DNA of 64,000 nt from Candidatus Bathyarchaeia archaeon (GTDB lineage: Archaea; Thermoproteota; Bathyarchaeia; Bathyarchaeales; Bathycorpusculaceae), in contig JBEKKX010000004.1 of assembly GCA_050010515.1 (NCBI GenBank), positions 21,199 to 85,198 of the forward strand, given 5' to 3'. The stretch's first letter is position 1, and the number at the start of each line of letters is the position of its first letter. Of this stretch, positions 30,465-40,410 are shown piece after piece. The notes below the pieces were generated by a model that was given only the letters and a program-made list of their open reading frames with translations, was not told the DNA's origin and searched no databases. Made by a program: the position numbers and the translations under genes.

Positions 30465-31409
30465 TCACTTTTCTATTATGCATACGCCTTTGCCTGGCTT
30501 TGTGGCGAAAGCTGTTGCCTCGCAACCAGCAGACTTGAATCCTTCCTTCATGGCTACTGCAACCTTAGCTGCAACATTCTGTTTCTTGTTAACTACCGCT
30601 ATCATCGCAGGTCCTGCGCCACTTATAGTTACTCCGCATGCACCAGCGTTTAACGCGTTTTCTTTGACCTTCAGGTATCCTGGGATTAGGAAAGCTCTGG
30701 CTGGCTCAATTATGGAGTCATGCATTGACTTTCCAATAAGTTCTACGTCGCCTGTAGCGAAGCCGCTTGCCATGGCGGCAGCTTGTCCGATGTTATAAAT
30801 GAGTTTTTCTAAGGGAACCGTTCGGGGCACGACTAAACGGGCTTTCTCAGTCTTGTTGGTTGGTGTATTAATATGCGGGAAAGCCACGCAGCATTCCATG
30901 TCTGAGGGCGCTTTTAAGCAAATGATTTCCATTGGATTGTACGATTTTACTATGACGAAGTCTCCGAAGACGGCGGCTGAAACGTTGTCCGCGTGTTCAT
31001 ATCCAGCGGAGGCAACTTCGCCCTTGGCGGCAAACTGAACTAACTGTTCGTTGCTCAGGTTGAGGTTAAACATGTGATTCAAGCCATACGCCACGGCTGC
31101 GGCTGAAGCTGCGCTGCTGCCTAAGCCTTTGCTCGGCCAAATGCCCTTTTCAATCGTTATACTGAGACCTGTTTTCAGCGAGAACTCCTGTAACATTAGG
31201 TTTGCGACAACGCCTGCTGTATTCTTCTCAGGCACTGCAGAGATGGTTTCTGCTGAGAAGCCGAAAACTTGGATTTTCACACCCGCTGTTGTCTGAACCA
31301 TTGTGACTTTATCGCTTGGCTTTTCCAAGGCTAATCCGAAGACGTCGAAGCCTGACCCAATATTAGCGCTTGTGGCAGGCGCTTTCACGATGATCTCGTT
31401 AAGCGGCAT
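30465..31409 (-). CDS. thrB: Homoserine kinase
   Basis: PATSANIGSGFD, GLGSSAAS, HADNV and ISGAGP motifs. Confidence 0.95.
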   Translation of the reverse strand: MPLNEIIVKAPATSANIGSGFDVFGLALEKPSDKVTMVQTTAGVKIQVFGFSAETISAVPEKNTAGVVANLMLQEFSLKTGLSITIEKGIWPSKGLGSSAASAAAVAYGLNHMFNLNLSNEQLVQFAAKGEVASAGYEHADNVSAAVFGDFVIVKSYNPMEIICLKAPSDMECCVAFPHINTPTNKTEKARLVVPRTVPLEKLIYNIGQAAAMASGFATGDVELIGKSMHDSIIEPARAFLIPGYLKVKENALNAGACGVTISGAGPAMIAVVNKKQNVAAKVAVAMKEGFKSAGCEATAFATKPGKGVCIIEK

Positions 31410-31764
31410 TATTTCATCTCAGCCTGGAAGCCTTTTCTTGAAAAAACGTTCATATGCATTGGTTGATTTACCTCCCGATTAGTTTGCTCGAAACAATAAT
31501 TTCAATATTCCCGCGAGGAATTGACAGAAGCCAGTATTTAGTCATGATTTTAGATAGTCGATTTAGCTTAAAAAGACTACTAGCAAAACTGATATCCTAA
31601 CAGAAACAAGACGGCTTAGAAGGTAAACAAATGAAGCTTATATCACCTGAAAGACAACGCATAGAGAAAATTTTCAAAACGCATATGGAACTCTGATATG
31701 TCACCCTTCAACATCTGAATAACTAACCATTTAAACGCTTAACAGTTACCTAGAGTGCGGATGA

Positions 31765-31950
31765 TTAAGGTTTTAAGGTAGATAAAACAAGCCTTGTAGA
31801 GTTAACATCAACCTCAACAATCTTGCAATTTTTAAACTCTTTACCTTCACCCAAAATATTCTTAACTGTAACGTTATCGCCTTCAACTTTAACGTAAATT
31901 ACATCCTTGAATTGCACTTTTCCATTGAGGATTACGTTAAATTCACACAT
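31765..31950 (-). CDS. CooT-family nickel-binding protein
   Basis: Starts MCE; DV.....GD.V...NILGE pattern; 61 aa. Confidence 0.75.
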   Translation of the reverse strand: MCEFNVILNGKVQFKDVIYVKVEGDNVTVKNILGEGKEFKNCKIVEVDVNSTRLVLSTLKP

Positions 31951-32194
31951 ACTTCTTCACAGATATGGAAAAAGAGACGGCGGGTTATAAGTGCTTTTAT
32001 CAACACACCTAATTATTCAGGGAAAATCTGCTCTGTAGCCGTCTTTATCCTCCCTTCTTGGAAAGAAGGTTGTAGGTTGGCTTCGACAAGTTAATTATTA
32101 ACAAAAAGTTGTAAACAAATGAGACTGACACCGTAAACTTTTTATTTGTACAATGGTTACTTTTAAGGAACATGGAATTTCAAGAGGAATTAAG

Positions 32195-32245
32195 ATGAGG
32201 GATCGTCACCTCAATAGCTGGAATCGTCGGGTACTTATTCTTTGA
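32195..32245 (+). promoter_or_regulatory. Candidate ilv-leu leader peptide MRDRHLNSWNRRVLIL
   Basis: ATG 32195 to TGA 32245; the last four codons are Val-Leu-Ile-Leu. Lies 96 nt upstream of ilvB, with TATA-like TTTTAAG at 32161-32167. Confidence 0.6.
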
Positions 32246-32341
32246 TTTTTCCAGGGAACCCTCTGAAACATCCATTGGAAAATTTTCAAATCAATCTTTC
32301 TTTGGACGAGAGTATAGTTATCAAAAAGGAGAAGCAATGAA

Positions 32342-34054
32342 ATGACCAAAATGTCTGGGGCAAAAGTGCTCTTAGAATCCCTTGAACAACAAAACGTGGA
32401 CGTTATATTCGGCATCTTAGGTGGAGCAATACTGCCTGTCTACGATGCATTATGCGGCAACACGAAAATCAGGCACATACTCAGCAGACACGAGCAAGGA
32501 GCAGCTCACGCAGCCGAAGGCTATGCCAGAGCCAGCGGGCGAGTAGGAGTATGCATGGCAACATCAGGGCCAGGAGCTACAAACCTAGTCACAGGAATAG
32601 CAAACGCATACATGGATTCCTCACCAATAATAGCTATAACAGGTCAGGTTCCAACAACAGGCGTTAACACTTCCTACATGATTGGCAAAGACGCCTTCCA
32701 AGAAGCAGACATCATCGGCATCACAACGCCAATTACTAAACACAATTATCAGCCACGAACAATCGCTGAAATCCAACCAATGGTTAACGCAGCATTCTAC
32801 ATAGCTTCCTCAGGCAGACCAGGACCAGTCCTAATCGACTTACCGAAAAACGTGCAAGCTGAAACCGCCGATGTAGAGACAGGAATCATAGACAAAATTG
32901 AAGCCCGAGGCTACAACCCCACGATCAATCCAGATTTAGCAAAAATCAGCGAAGCAGCTAATCTACTTGCAAAAGCTGAGAAACCAATTATACTGGCGGG
33001 AGGCGGAGTCATAATCTCCAACGCTTCAGATGAACTCATGGAAATGTCAGATTTGCTAATAGCACCAGTAGCCACAACTTTGATGGGCAAAGGCGCATTC
33101 CCTGAATGCCATCCCTTATCAGTTGGAAGCATCGGAATGCATGGAAACCCAGCAGCAAACAAGCTGATGGGTGAAGCTGACGTGCTGTTGGCTGTTGGAA
33201 CAAGATTCTCTGACCGCGCCACAGCAAACTTGGACACTTTCTGCTCCAACGCCAAAAAGATTCACATAGACATTGACGCTGCAGAAATTGGAAAAAACAT
33301 CGAAGTCAACGTGCCCATAGTTGGCGACGCCAAAACCTCTATGAAACTATTGCATGCTGCCTTAACGAAGAAACTGCGCAAAAACGAAAGTAGCACTTGG
33401 ACAAAACGAGTTAAAGAAGCCAAAGAACAACTAAGCCCACTGCTGAAAGAGATGCCCAAAGACTTGTTACCAAAAGCGTTATTGACGGAGCTTAGAAGAT
33501 TACTGCCTGAAAATACCATAGTCACCACAGAAGTCGGTCAAAACCAAATGTGGTCAGTTCTATACTTTAAAGCATTAAAGCCGAGAACGTTCATTAGCTC
33601 AGGGGGGTTGGGAACAATGGGTTTCGGTTTTCCAGCAGCGCTAGGAGCGAAAGTTGCCTGTCCAGACAGGCCTGTAGTGGACATAGCGGGCGACGGCAGT
33701 TTCTTAATGACCGAACAAGAACTCGCGTGCTCTATAACGGAGAACATCCCTGTCACAGTCATAGTGCTGAACAATTCGGTGTTAGGGATGGTTGCGCAGT
33801 GGCAAAGAATGCTCTACAAACGCCGCTATATGGCAGTTAACTTGGGAAATACACCTGACTTTGTGAAGCTGGCAGAGGCTTACGGAGCACAAGGCTTCCG
33901 AGTAAGATCAATGGAAGAATTCCAAAAAGCCGTAAAAACCGCGCTAAACAGTAAAGTTACAACTGTAATCGACGTGCCTATCAGCTCAGAGCAGGACGTT
34001 GTGCCATTTGTGCCTCCAGGCTGCGGTTTACCACAACAGAGGGGTGACTACTAA
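32342..34054 (+). CDS. ilvB: Acetolactate synthase large subunit
   Basis: RHEQGAAH, TSGPGATN, FQEAD, GRPGPV and GDGSF..N motifs. Confidence 0.96.
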   Translation: MTKMSGAKVLLESLEQQNVDVIFGILGGAILPVYDALCGNTKIRHILSRHEQGAAHAAEGYARASGRVGVCMATSGPGATNLVTGIANAYMDSSPIIAITGQVPTTGVNTSYMIGKDAFQEADIIGITTPITKHNYQPRTIAEIQPMVNAAFYIASSGRPGPVLIDLPKNVQAETADVETGIIDKIEARGYNPTINPDLAKISEAANLLAKAEKPIILAGGGVIISNASDELMEMSDLLIAPVATTLMGKGAFPECHPLSVGSIGMHGNPAANKLMGEADVLLAVGTRFSDRATANLDTFCSNAKKIHIDIDAAEIGKNIEVNVPIVGDAKTSMKLLHAALTKKLRKNESSTWTKRVKEAKEQLSPLLKEMPKDLLPKALLTELRRLLPENTIVTTEVGQNQMWSVLYFKALKPRTFISSGGLGTMGFGFPAALGAKVACPDRPVVDIAGDGSFLMTEQELACSITENIPVTVIVLNNSVLGMVAQWQRMLYKRRYMAVNLGNTPDFVKLAEAYGAQGFRVRSMEEFQKAVKTALNSKVTTVIDVPISSEQDVVPFVPPGCGLPQQRGDY

Positions 34055-34567
34055 ATGGAAGATGAAAAAACAAAAATAATCTCCGTACTTGTCGAAAATA
34101 AGCCAGGTGTACTTCACAGTGTAGCTAACCTGTTTCGACGGAGAAACTTTAACATTGAAAGCATCACCGTCGGCCCCACTGAAAAGAAAGACTTAGCACG
34201 CATGACAATAACAGTCAACGAAGATGAAAAAACAATCGACCAAGTCATCAAGCAACTGGCAAAGCTCATTGATATACTTAAAGTCGAGGAGCTAGAGCAT
34301 GGAAACTTTGTCATGCGGGAACTGGCTTTGATAAAAGTTAGTGTGTCAAGCCCCAAAGAACGCTCCGACATCATAAACTGCGTAGAAGTCTTCAGAGGCC
34401 GAATCATAGACGTTTCAACCGACAGCTTAACCGTAGAAATCACAGGAACACCAGACAAAATTGACGCGTTCCTAAATCTGATGAAAACAAATGGCGTCAT
34501 TGAACTTGCAAGAACAGGTATAACCGCACTGGCACGAGGAGCAAAATCAATAAGAATCGACGAATAA
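34055..34567 (+). CDS. ilvN: Acetolactate synthase small subunit
   Basis: VENKPGVL..RRNFNIESI, RELALIK and ELARTG motifs. Confidence 0.95.
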   Translation: MEDEKTKIISVLVENKPGVLHSVANLFRRRNFNIESITVGPTEKKDLARMTITVNEDEKTIDQVIKQLAKLIDILKVEELEHGNFVMRELALIKVSVSSPKERSDIINCVEVFRGRIIDVSTDSLTVEITGTPDKIDAFLNLMKTNGVIELARTGITALARGAKSIRIDE

Positions 34568-34579
34568 ATCGTCTCTCCG

Positions 34580-34606
34580 AACGGAAACCCTTAACTTTCC
34601 GTTTTT
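34580..34606 (+). terminator. Hairpin plus T-tract after ilvN
   Basis: AACGGAAA-8 nt-TTTCCGTT followed by TTT. Confidence 0.45.
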
Positions 34607-34675
34607 CAAAAATCAGAAACCTCCACGGTAAATTAATCAAAAATAAATAGTTAATTGTGACAGAAGAGAACAGGT

Positions 34676-35947
34676 ATGAACATTACAGAAAAAATATTGG
34701 CTAAAGCCTCAGGAAAACAAGTCGTGCACTCAGGAGAAATTGTGGACGCAAACGTAGACATGATAATGGTGCATGATTTAACTGGACCTTTAGCCGTTGA
34801 AGCCTTCAAAAAAATAGGAGTAGAAAAAGTTTGGGATAACCAAAAAGTAGTGGTGATTCTGGACCACCAGGTGCCGGCTGAGTCTGTTAAAGCGGCAGAA
34901 CTGCACAAGACCATGCGCCAATTCGCCAAAGACCAAAAACTACGCATATACGACATAGGCAGAGGCGGAATCTGCCACCAAGTCATGCCTGAGAAAGGGC
35001 ATGTGGTTCCTGGAACAGTAATCGTAGGTGCTGATTCCCACACTTGCACCTACGGAGCCTTCGGCGCTTTCGCAACAGGAATAGGCTCAACTGAGGCAGC
35101 AGCAGTCTTTGCTACTGGAAAGATTTGGCTGAAAGTGCCAGAAGCGATTAAAGTAAACGTAACTGGGCAATTTCAAAAGTACGTTACACCAAAAGACTTA
35201 ATCCTATCAATAATTGGACGCGTGAGAGTTGATGGTGCCATATATAAAAGCGTTGAATTCACTGGTCCAACAATAAAAAGCATGAGTATAGCGGGGAGAA
35301 TGACGCTGTGCAATATGGCTGTGGAAATGGGCGCCAAAAACGGCATCATCGAACCTGACGAAACAACTCGCAAGTTCCTAGAAGGCAGAACCAGCAAAGT
35401 ATTGCCCAACTTTGAATCATTGAAAAGTGATAAAGACGCAGTTTACGAGCGGACAGTGGAATTTGATGTCTCAAAGATGGAGCCACAAGTTGCTTGTCCA
35501 TCATCGGTTGATAACGTTAAGCCAGTTTCAGAAGTAGGCAACGTTCCAATTGAGCAGGCGTTTATTGGTTCATGCACCAACGGCAGAATTGAAGATTTAC
35601 GCTTAGCCGCTCAAGTCCTAAAGGGCAAACGTGTAAAAGACAATGTTAGGGCAATTGTGATTCCAGCTTCACAAGAAGTTTACAAGCAAGCGTTAAACGA
35701 AGGCTTACTGGAAATCTTCACTGATGCAGGTGCAATAGTTTGTGGTTCGGCGTGCGGTCCATGCTTAGGCGGTCACATTGGATTATTAGCGGCAGATGAA
35801 GTTTGCGTAAGCACTTCAAATAGGAACTTTATCGGAAGAATGGGCAGCACTCAAGCCAGTGTATACTTGGCTTCGCCAGCAACGGTAGCTGCTTCAGCCG
35901 TCACAGGCAAAATCACTGACCCGAGAAAACTGGAGGCAAAAGCATGA
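34676..35947 (+). CDS. leuC: 3-isopropylmalate dehydratase/homoaconitase large subunit
   Basis: DSHTCT, GSCTNGR, CGPCLG and NRNF motifs. Confidence 0.92.
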   Translation: MNITEKILAKASGKQVVHSGEIVDANVDMIMVHDLTGPLAVEAFKKIGVEKVWDNQKVVVILDHQVPAESVKAAELHKTMRQFAKDQKLRIYDIGRGGICHQVMPEKGHVVPGTVIVGADSHTCTYGAFGAFATGIGSTEAAAVFATGKIWLKVPEAIKVNVTGQFQKYVTPKDLILSIIGRVRVDGAIYKSVEFTGPTIKSMSIAGRMTLCNMAVEMGAKNGIIEPDETTRKFLEGRTSKVLPNFESLKSDKDAVYERTVEFDVSKMEPQVACPSSVDNVKPVSEVGNVPIEQAFIGSCTNGRIEDLRLAAQVLKGKRVKDNVRAIVIPASQEVYKQALNEGLLEIFTDAGAIVCGSACGPCLGGHIGLLAADEVCVSTSNRNFIGRMGSTQASVYLASPATVAASAVTGKITDPRKLEAKA

Positions 35948-36447
35948 ATATGAAAATCAAAGGTCCAGCGATAAAATTCGGAAACAACATTGACACAGAC
36001 GTTATTCTGCCAGGGCAATACTTGGTATTGGTTGACCCTTACGAGTTAGCAAAACATGCCCTAGAAAGCTTAGACCCAAAGTTTCCTGAAAAGGCAAAAA
36101 AAGGCGTCATTGTAGTAGGCGGCAAAAACTTCGGATGCGGCTCAAGCCGAGAACAAGCGCCATTAGCTCTAAAGTACGCAGGCGTAAAATGCGTGTTAGC
36201 AGAATCTTTCGCGCGGATTTTCTTCCGAAACGCCATTAACATCGGCTTACCAGTAATCGAATGCGAAGGCATATCGGCTGTTGTTGAAACAGGTGACGAA
36301 ATAGCCGTGGACATTGAAGCTGGCAAGATAGAAAACATTTCAAAAGGCAAAAGCTTTCAAGTAGACAAGCTGCCACCATTCATAATTGAAATATTAGCAG
36401 ATGGTGGATTAATCGAAAACCTGAGAAGGAGAATTAACAAAAAATGA
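35944..36447 (+). CDS. leuD: 3-isopropylmalate dehydratase small subunit
   Basis: IDTDVI, NFGCGSSREQA and FARIFFRN motifs. Confidence 0.92.
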   Translation: MNMKIKGPAIKFGNNIDTDVILPGQYLVLVDPYELAKHALESLDPKFPEKAKKGVIVVGGKNFGCGSSREQAPLALKYAGVKCVLAESFARIFFRNAINIGLPVIECEGISAVVETGDEIAVDIEAGKIENISKGKSFQVDKLPPFIIEILADGGLIENLRRRINKK

Positions 36448-37481
36448 CAGAATACAAAATATCCCTAATCCCAGGCGACGGCATAGGACCAGAATTAACC
36501 GAAGCTACTCTAAAAGTCCTAGACTCAGCACAGAAAAAATTCGGATTAAATCTCCAAATTATTGAGGCTGAAGCGGGCGACGCAACCTTAGCCAAAAGAG
36601 GCGCCGCACTACCCGAAGACACAGTGCAAAAAATCAAAGAATCCCACGCTTGCCTAAAGGGACCTGTAGGCGAAAGCGCAGCCGACGTCATAGTTAAACT
36701 CAGGTTAATGTTTGATTTGTACGCCAATTTGCGTCCATTGAAGGCTTATCCTAACGTGCCTGTCGCTCGACCCGACATTGATATGATGTTTGTTAGGGAG
36801 AACACTGAGGATGTTTACAAAGGCTTAGAATTCACCATAGGCAACGACACAACTCTGTGCCTAAGAGTAATTACCCGAAAGAATTGCGAGCGCATAGCCA
36901 AAAAAGCCTTCGAAATTGCGCGTTTGCGAAATGGCAAAAAGAAAGTAACTGCCATACACAAAGCCAACGTTATGCGTGTAACCGACGGATTATTCGCCAG
37001 CATATGCCGCGAAACAGCAAAACAATACCCAGACATCGCCTTCAACGAGCTATATGTTGATGCAGCATCGATGCGTCTGATAAAAGAGCCTCAAGAATTC
37101 GATGTATTTTGCACCTGCAACATGTTTGGCGATATCTTATCAGACGAAGCAGCCCAACTTATCGGCGGGTTAGGTATGGCTCCAGGCGCAAACATAGGCG
37201 ACAACTTTGCACTCTTCGAACCCATACACGGTTCAGCACCAAACAGAGCAGGAAAACATACTGCTAACCCAATCTCAATGATACTAGCTGCAAAAATGAT
37301 GCTGGACTGGCTTGGCGAAAAATACAATGATAAAAAATGCATCAAGGCAGGCATGGCAATAGAGAATGGGGTAATATACGCGTTACGTAACGGTCAAACT
37401 GTTCCAGACTGCGGCGGCAACACCACGACCGTGGGAATGGCAGAAGCCATTGCTGCAGCCCTAACAGTGAAAACTGGTTGA
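36444..37481 (+). CDS. leuB: 3-isopropylmalate/isocitrate-family dehydrogenase
   Basis: GDGIGPE, RENTE, HKANV, NMFGDILSD and EPIHGSAP motifs. Confidence 0.88.
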   Translation: MTEYKISLIPGDGIGPELTEATLKVLDSAQKKFGLNLQIIEAEAGDATLAKRGAALPEDTVQKIKESHACLKGPVGESAADVIVKLRLMFDLYANLRPLKAYPNVPVARPDIDMMFVRENTEDVYKGLEFTIGNDTTLCLRVITRKNCERIAKKAFEIARLRNGKKKVTAIHKANVMRVTDGLFASICRETAKQYPDIAFNELYVDAASMRLIKEPQEFDVFCTCNMFGDILSDEAAQLIGGLGMAPGANIGDNFALFEPIHGSAPNRAGKHTANPISMILAAKMMLDWLGEKYNDKKCIKAGMAIENGVIYALRNGQTVPDCGGNTTTVGMAEAIAAALTVKTG

Positions 37482-37485
37482 AAAA

Positions 37486-39009
37486 ATGAACAATAAAACC
37501 TCAAAAAGTATCCGTATTTTTGACACTACCCTAAGAGATGGTGAACAAACACCCGGCGTATCTTTAACCGCCGACGACAAGATTGAGATTGCACGCCAAC
37601 TGAGCAAGCTAGGCGTCGACGTTATCGAAGCAGGTTTTCCAAGCTCCTCAGAAGGCGAAAAAAAAGTTGTCAAAGAGATTGCAAAAGCTGGGTTAGAACC
37701 AGAAATCTGCGCTTTGTCCAGAGCAACAAAAGGCGATATTGATGCAGCAATCGATTGTGACGTTGACCTAATTCATGTTTTTATTCCTACGTCGCCTGTG
37801 CAAATGAAGTACGCCGTGAACTTAACACCTGAACAAGTGCTGTCTTCAACCGTGGAATCTATTGAGTACGTTAAGAAGCATGGTTTCAAATGCGAGTTTT
37901 CGCCAATGGATGCCACGCGCTCAGAAATGCCCTTCTTAAAACACGTTTGCCAAGCAGCAGAGAAAGCAGGAATGGACACTCTAAACGTTCCTGATACCGT
38001 GGGCATAATGATTCCTAAAACAACCATCAAACTCATTGAGAAACTAAAAAATGTAGTTAACGTTCCCATTAGCACGCATTGCCATGATGATTTTGGCTTG
38101 GCAGTTGCAAACTCCTTAGCCGCTGTTGAAGCTGGGGCTGCTCAGGTGCACGTTGCTGTCAACGGGTTAGGTGAGCGTGCGGGCAACGCTTCGCTTGAAG
38201 AAGTGGTTATGGCTTTGCATCTGATTTACAAGTACAAGACAGGCGTAAACACACGGTTATTATACGGCACATCCAGACTGGTTTCGTCGTTAACCGGCAT
38301 AACTGTGCAAGCTAACAAAGCAATTGTGGGCGAAAACGCTTTTGCACATGAGTCAGGCATTCATACTCGTGGCGTAACAGAGAAGCCATTAACTTTTGAG
38401 CCCATAGACCCAGAGTTGGTCGGGCGCACAAGAAAATTAGTTGCAGGAAAACTAGCTGGAACACGCGGCATCAAAGCTGAACTGGAAGAGATAGGGATCC
38501 ACCCAAGCGAAGAGCAAATAAAAGAAATTGTCCAACGCGTCAAAGAACTAGGCGACAAGGGCAAGATGGTGACGGACGCTGATTTATTTGCGTTAACCTC
38601 TGCAGTCATGGGCGAAGTGATAGGTGAAGAAAAAATCGTTGACTTATGCGACCTAGCCGTCGTAACAGGCATCAAAGTAATTCCAACCGCTTCAGTACGG
38701 CTAACTTTGGACGGAAAAGAGTACATTGCAGCAGAAACAGGCGTAGGCCCAGTTGACGCTGTTTTAAAAGCCATCCAAAAACTAACTAATAACCTGGAAA
38801 ATATACGGCTCAGCGAATACCGACTTGAAGCAATCACAGGTGGCTCAAACGCCGTAGCAGAAGTAGTCATAAAAGTCGAGGACGAAAAAGGCAACATTGT
38901 TTCAGCACGTGCAGCAAGAGAAGACATCGTAATGGCTAGTGTTGAAGCAATGATAAACGGTATAAACAAGTGCTTGCTTAAGAGTCGTAAGCAGGGAAAC
39001 AAAAAGTGA
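37486..39009 (+). CDS. leuA: 2-isopropylmalate synthase (LeuA/CimA family)
   Basis: DTTLRDGEQ, HCHDD, GERAGN, HESGIH and a C-terminal regulatory domain (GPVDA). Confidence 0.88.
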   Translation: MNNKTSKSIRIFDTTLRDGEQTPGVSLTADDKIEIARQLSKLGVDVIEAGFPSSSEGEKKVVKEIAKAGLEPEICALSRATKGDIDAAIDCDVDLIHVFIPTSPVQMKYAVNLTPEQVLSSTVESIEYVKKHGFKCEFSPMDATRSEMPFLKHVCQAAEKAGMDTLNVPDTVGIMIPKTTIKLIEKLKNVVNVPISTHCHDDFGLAVANSLAAVEAGAAQVHVAVNGLGERAGNASLEEVVMALHLIYKYKTGVNTRLLYGTSRLVSSLTGITVQANKAIVGENAFAHESGIHTRGVTEKPLTFEPIDPELVGRTRKLVAGKLAGTRGIKAELEEIGIHPSEEQIKEIVQRVKELGDKGKMVTDADLFALTSAVMGEVIGEEKIVDLCDLAVVTGIKVIPTASVRLTLDGKEYIAAETGVGPVDAVLKAIQKLTNNLENIRLSEYRLEAITGGSNAVAEVVIKVEDEKGNIVSARAAREDIVMASVEAMINGINKCLLKSRKQGNKK

Positions 39010-39827
39010 AAGTAGCCTTCCAAGGCGAACGAGGCGCTTACAGCGAAAATGCAGTCTTCCAGTTCTTCGGAGCCGACGCACAGGTTAAACCCTGCAAGGA
39101 CTTCAAGGACGTTTTTGACAGCGTATGCGCTCAGGAAACCCAGCACGGCGTCGTCCCCGTTGAAAACAGCTTGGAGGGCAGTGTGACTCAGAACTATGAC
39201 CTTTTCCTGAAGTATGATTTGAAAGTGTGCGGCGAAGTCATCGTCAAAGTCGAACACTGTCTCATCGCAAACCCCAATACTGCTTTGGCGGACATCAAAG
39301 TTGTTTACTCACATCCGCAAGCGCTGGCACAGTGCCGAATTTTCTTAGAGGAGTTTGGACGCGAACTCATACCGACATATGACACAGCTGGCAGCGTCAA
39401 GATGCTCAAGGAAAAAGGCTTAAACAACGCTGCGGCGATTGCAAGCGAAAGAGCAGCCAACATCTACGGTATGCACATCCTCGCCAAAGACATCGCGGAC
39501 AACCCTGAGAACTACACACGGTTCTTCGTCCTGTCCACAGAGGATTCGCCTGCAACGGGTAAAGACAAAACCAGCATAATCTTCTCAGCCGCCCACAAGC
39601 CAGGCTCACTCTACCATGCACTAGGCGAGTTCGCCAAAAGAGACATTAACCTCACCAAAATTGAATCCCGACCCACCAAAGAAACACCGTGGGAATACAA
39701 CTTCTACTTGGATTTTGAAGGGCACCGCATTGAGAAGCGATGTGCTGAAGCCTTGAACGCGCTGGAGAAGTATGCAGTGTTCATCAAGATTTTAGGCTCA
39801 TATCCTAAAGCTAAATCGTCACAATAA
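39006..39827 (+). CDS. pheA: Prephenate dehydratase
   Basis: GAYSE, PVENS, SHPQALAQC, NYTRF and an ACT domain (LTKIESRP). Confidence 0.95.
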   Translation: MKVAFQGERGAYSENAVFQFFGADAQVKPCKDFKDVFDSVCAQETQHGVVPVENSLEGSVTQNYDLFLKYDLKVCGEVIVKVEHCLIANPNTALADIKVVYSHPQALAQCRIFLEEFGRELIPTYDTAGSVKMLKEKGLNNAAAIASERAANIYGMHILAKDIADNPENYTRFFVLSTEDSPATGKDKTSIIFSAAHKPGSLYHALGEFAKRDINLTKIESRPTKETPWEYNFYLDFEGHRIEKRCAEALNALEKYAVFIKILGSYPKAKSSQ

Positions 39828-39842
39828 GCTTAAATGGATGAT

Positions 39843-39860
39843 TGTAACATACTTGTTACA
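39843..39860. promoter_or_regulatory. Palindromic operator candidate for the MNT-HEPN module
   Basis: TGTAACA-TACT-TGTTACA between a TATA-like TTAAA (39830-39834) and ATG 39862. Confidence 0.55.
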
Positions 39861-39861
39861 T

Positions 39862-40410
39862 ATGGAACAAAAAGATTACAAACTTGAGGTAATAAATTTT
39901 CTTGTACAAGAGCGAGGGCATGTGCGAGGAATAGCAAGTAAACTTGGTACAAATCACATGCTTATTGCAAGAAAAATAAATGAGCTGTCAAACGAAAACG
40001 TCGTTGATTTTGTTCAGGAAGGAAAAAACAAGACTTACTTTCTTAAAAAAACGGCAGAGGCAAGAGCATCCATTTTTATGGCAGAAAATTACAAATTGCT
40101 TCAAACCTTAGAGAAGTATCCACGTTTGCGGAACGTAATCGAAAAAATCCAAAGAGACCGAAAAATGTGTTTAGTGCTCCTTTTCGGGTCGTATGCGAAA
40201 GGCACTGCGTTAAAAGACAGTGACATTGACATTTATGTAGAAAGTAGAGACCCGAATCTCAGAAAAAACTTGAAACTGCTCGACTCAAAATTAAGCGTGA
40301 AAATAGGGGACTATGATAGAGCATCACCACTGATAAAGGAAATTGAAAAGAACCATGTAGCATTAAAAGGGGTTGAGTATTTCTATGAAAAAAATCAGTT
40401 TTTTGAGTAA
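39862..40410 (+). CDS. HTH-fused minimal nucleotidyltransferase (MNT/MntA-like antitoxin)
   Basis: N-terminal wHTH and LFGSYAKG...SDIDIYV motif. Confidence 0.85.
   Translation: MEQKDYKLEVINFLVQERGHVRGIASKLGTNHMLIARKINELSNENVVDFVQEGKNKTYFLKKTAEARASIFMAENYKLLQTLEKYPRLRNVIEKIQRDRKMCLVLLFGSYAKGTALKDSDIDIYVESRDPNLRKNLKLLDSKLSVKIGDYDRASPLIKEIEKNHVALKGVEYFYEKNQFFE

Noticed and set aside
31409-31545. Two short ORFs upstream of thrB (MTKYWLLSIPRGNIEIIVSSKLIGR at 31545-31468; MHMNVFSRKGFQAEMK at 31459-31409, overlapping the thrB ATG) as a thrL-like leader
   Set aside because: Only one Thr, scattered Ile, no cognate run at the stop and no clear stem. Not supportable without comparative data.
32172-32198. 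uORF MEFQEELR overlapping the ilv leader start
   Set aside because: Starts only ~5 nt after the TATA-like box, so it is probably not transcribed; no cognate codon bias.
38361-39257. Long antisense ORFs (298 aa here; also 7344-8111, 49919-50638 and 47348-47899)
   Set aside because: They mirror well-conserved genes on the opposite strand and have no recognisable motifs.
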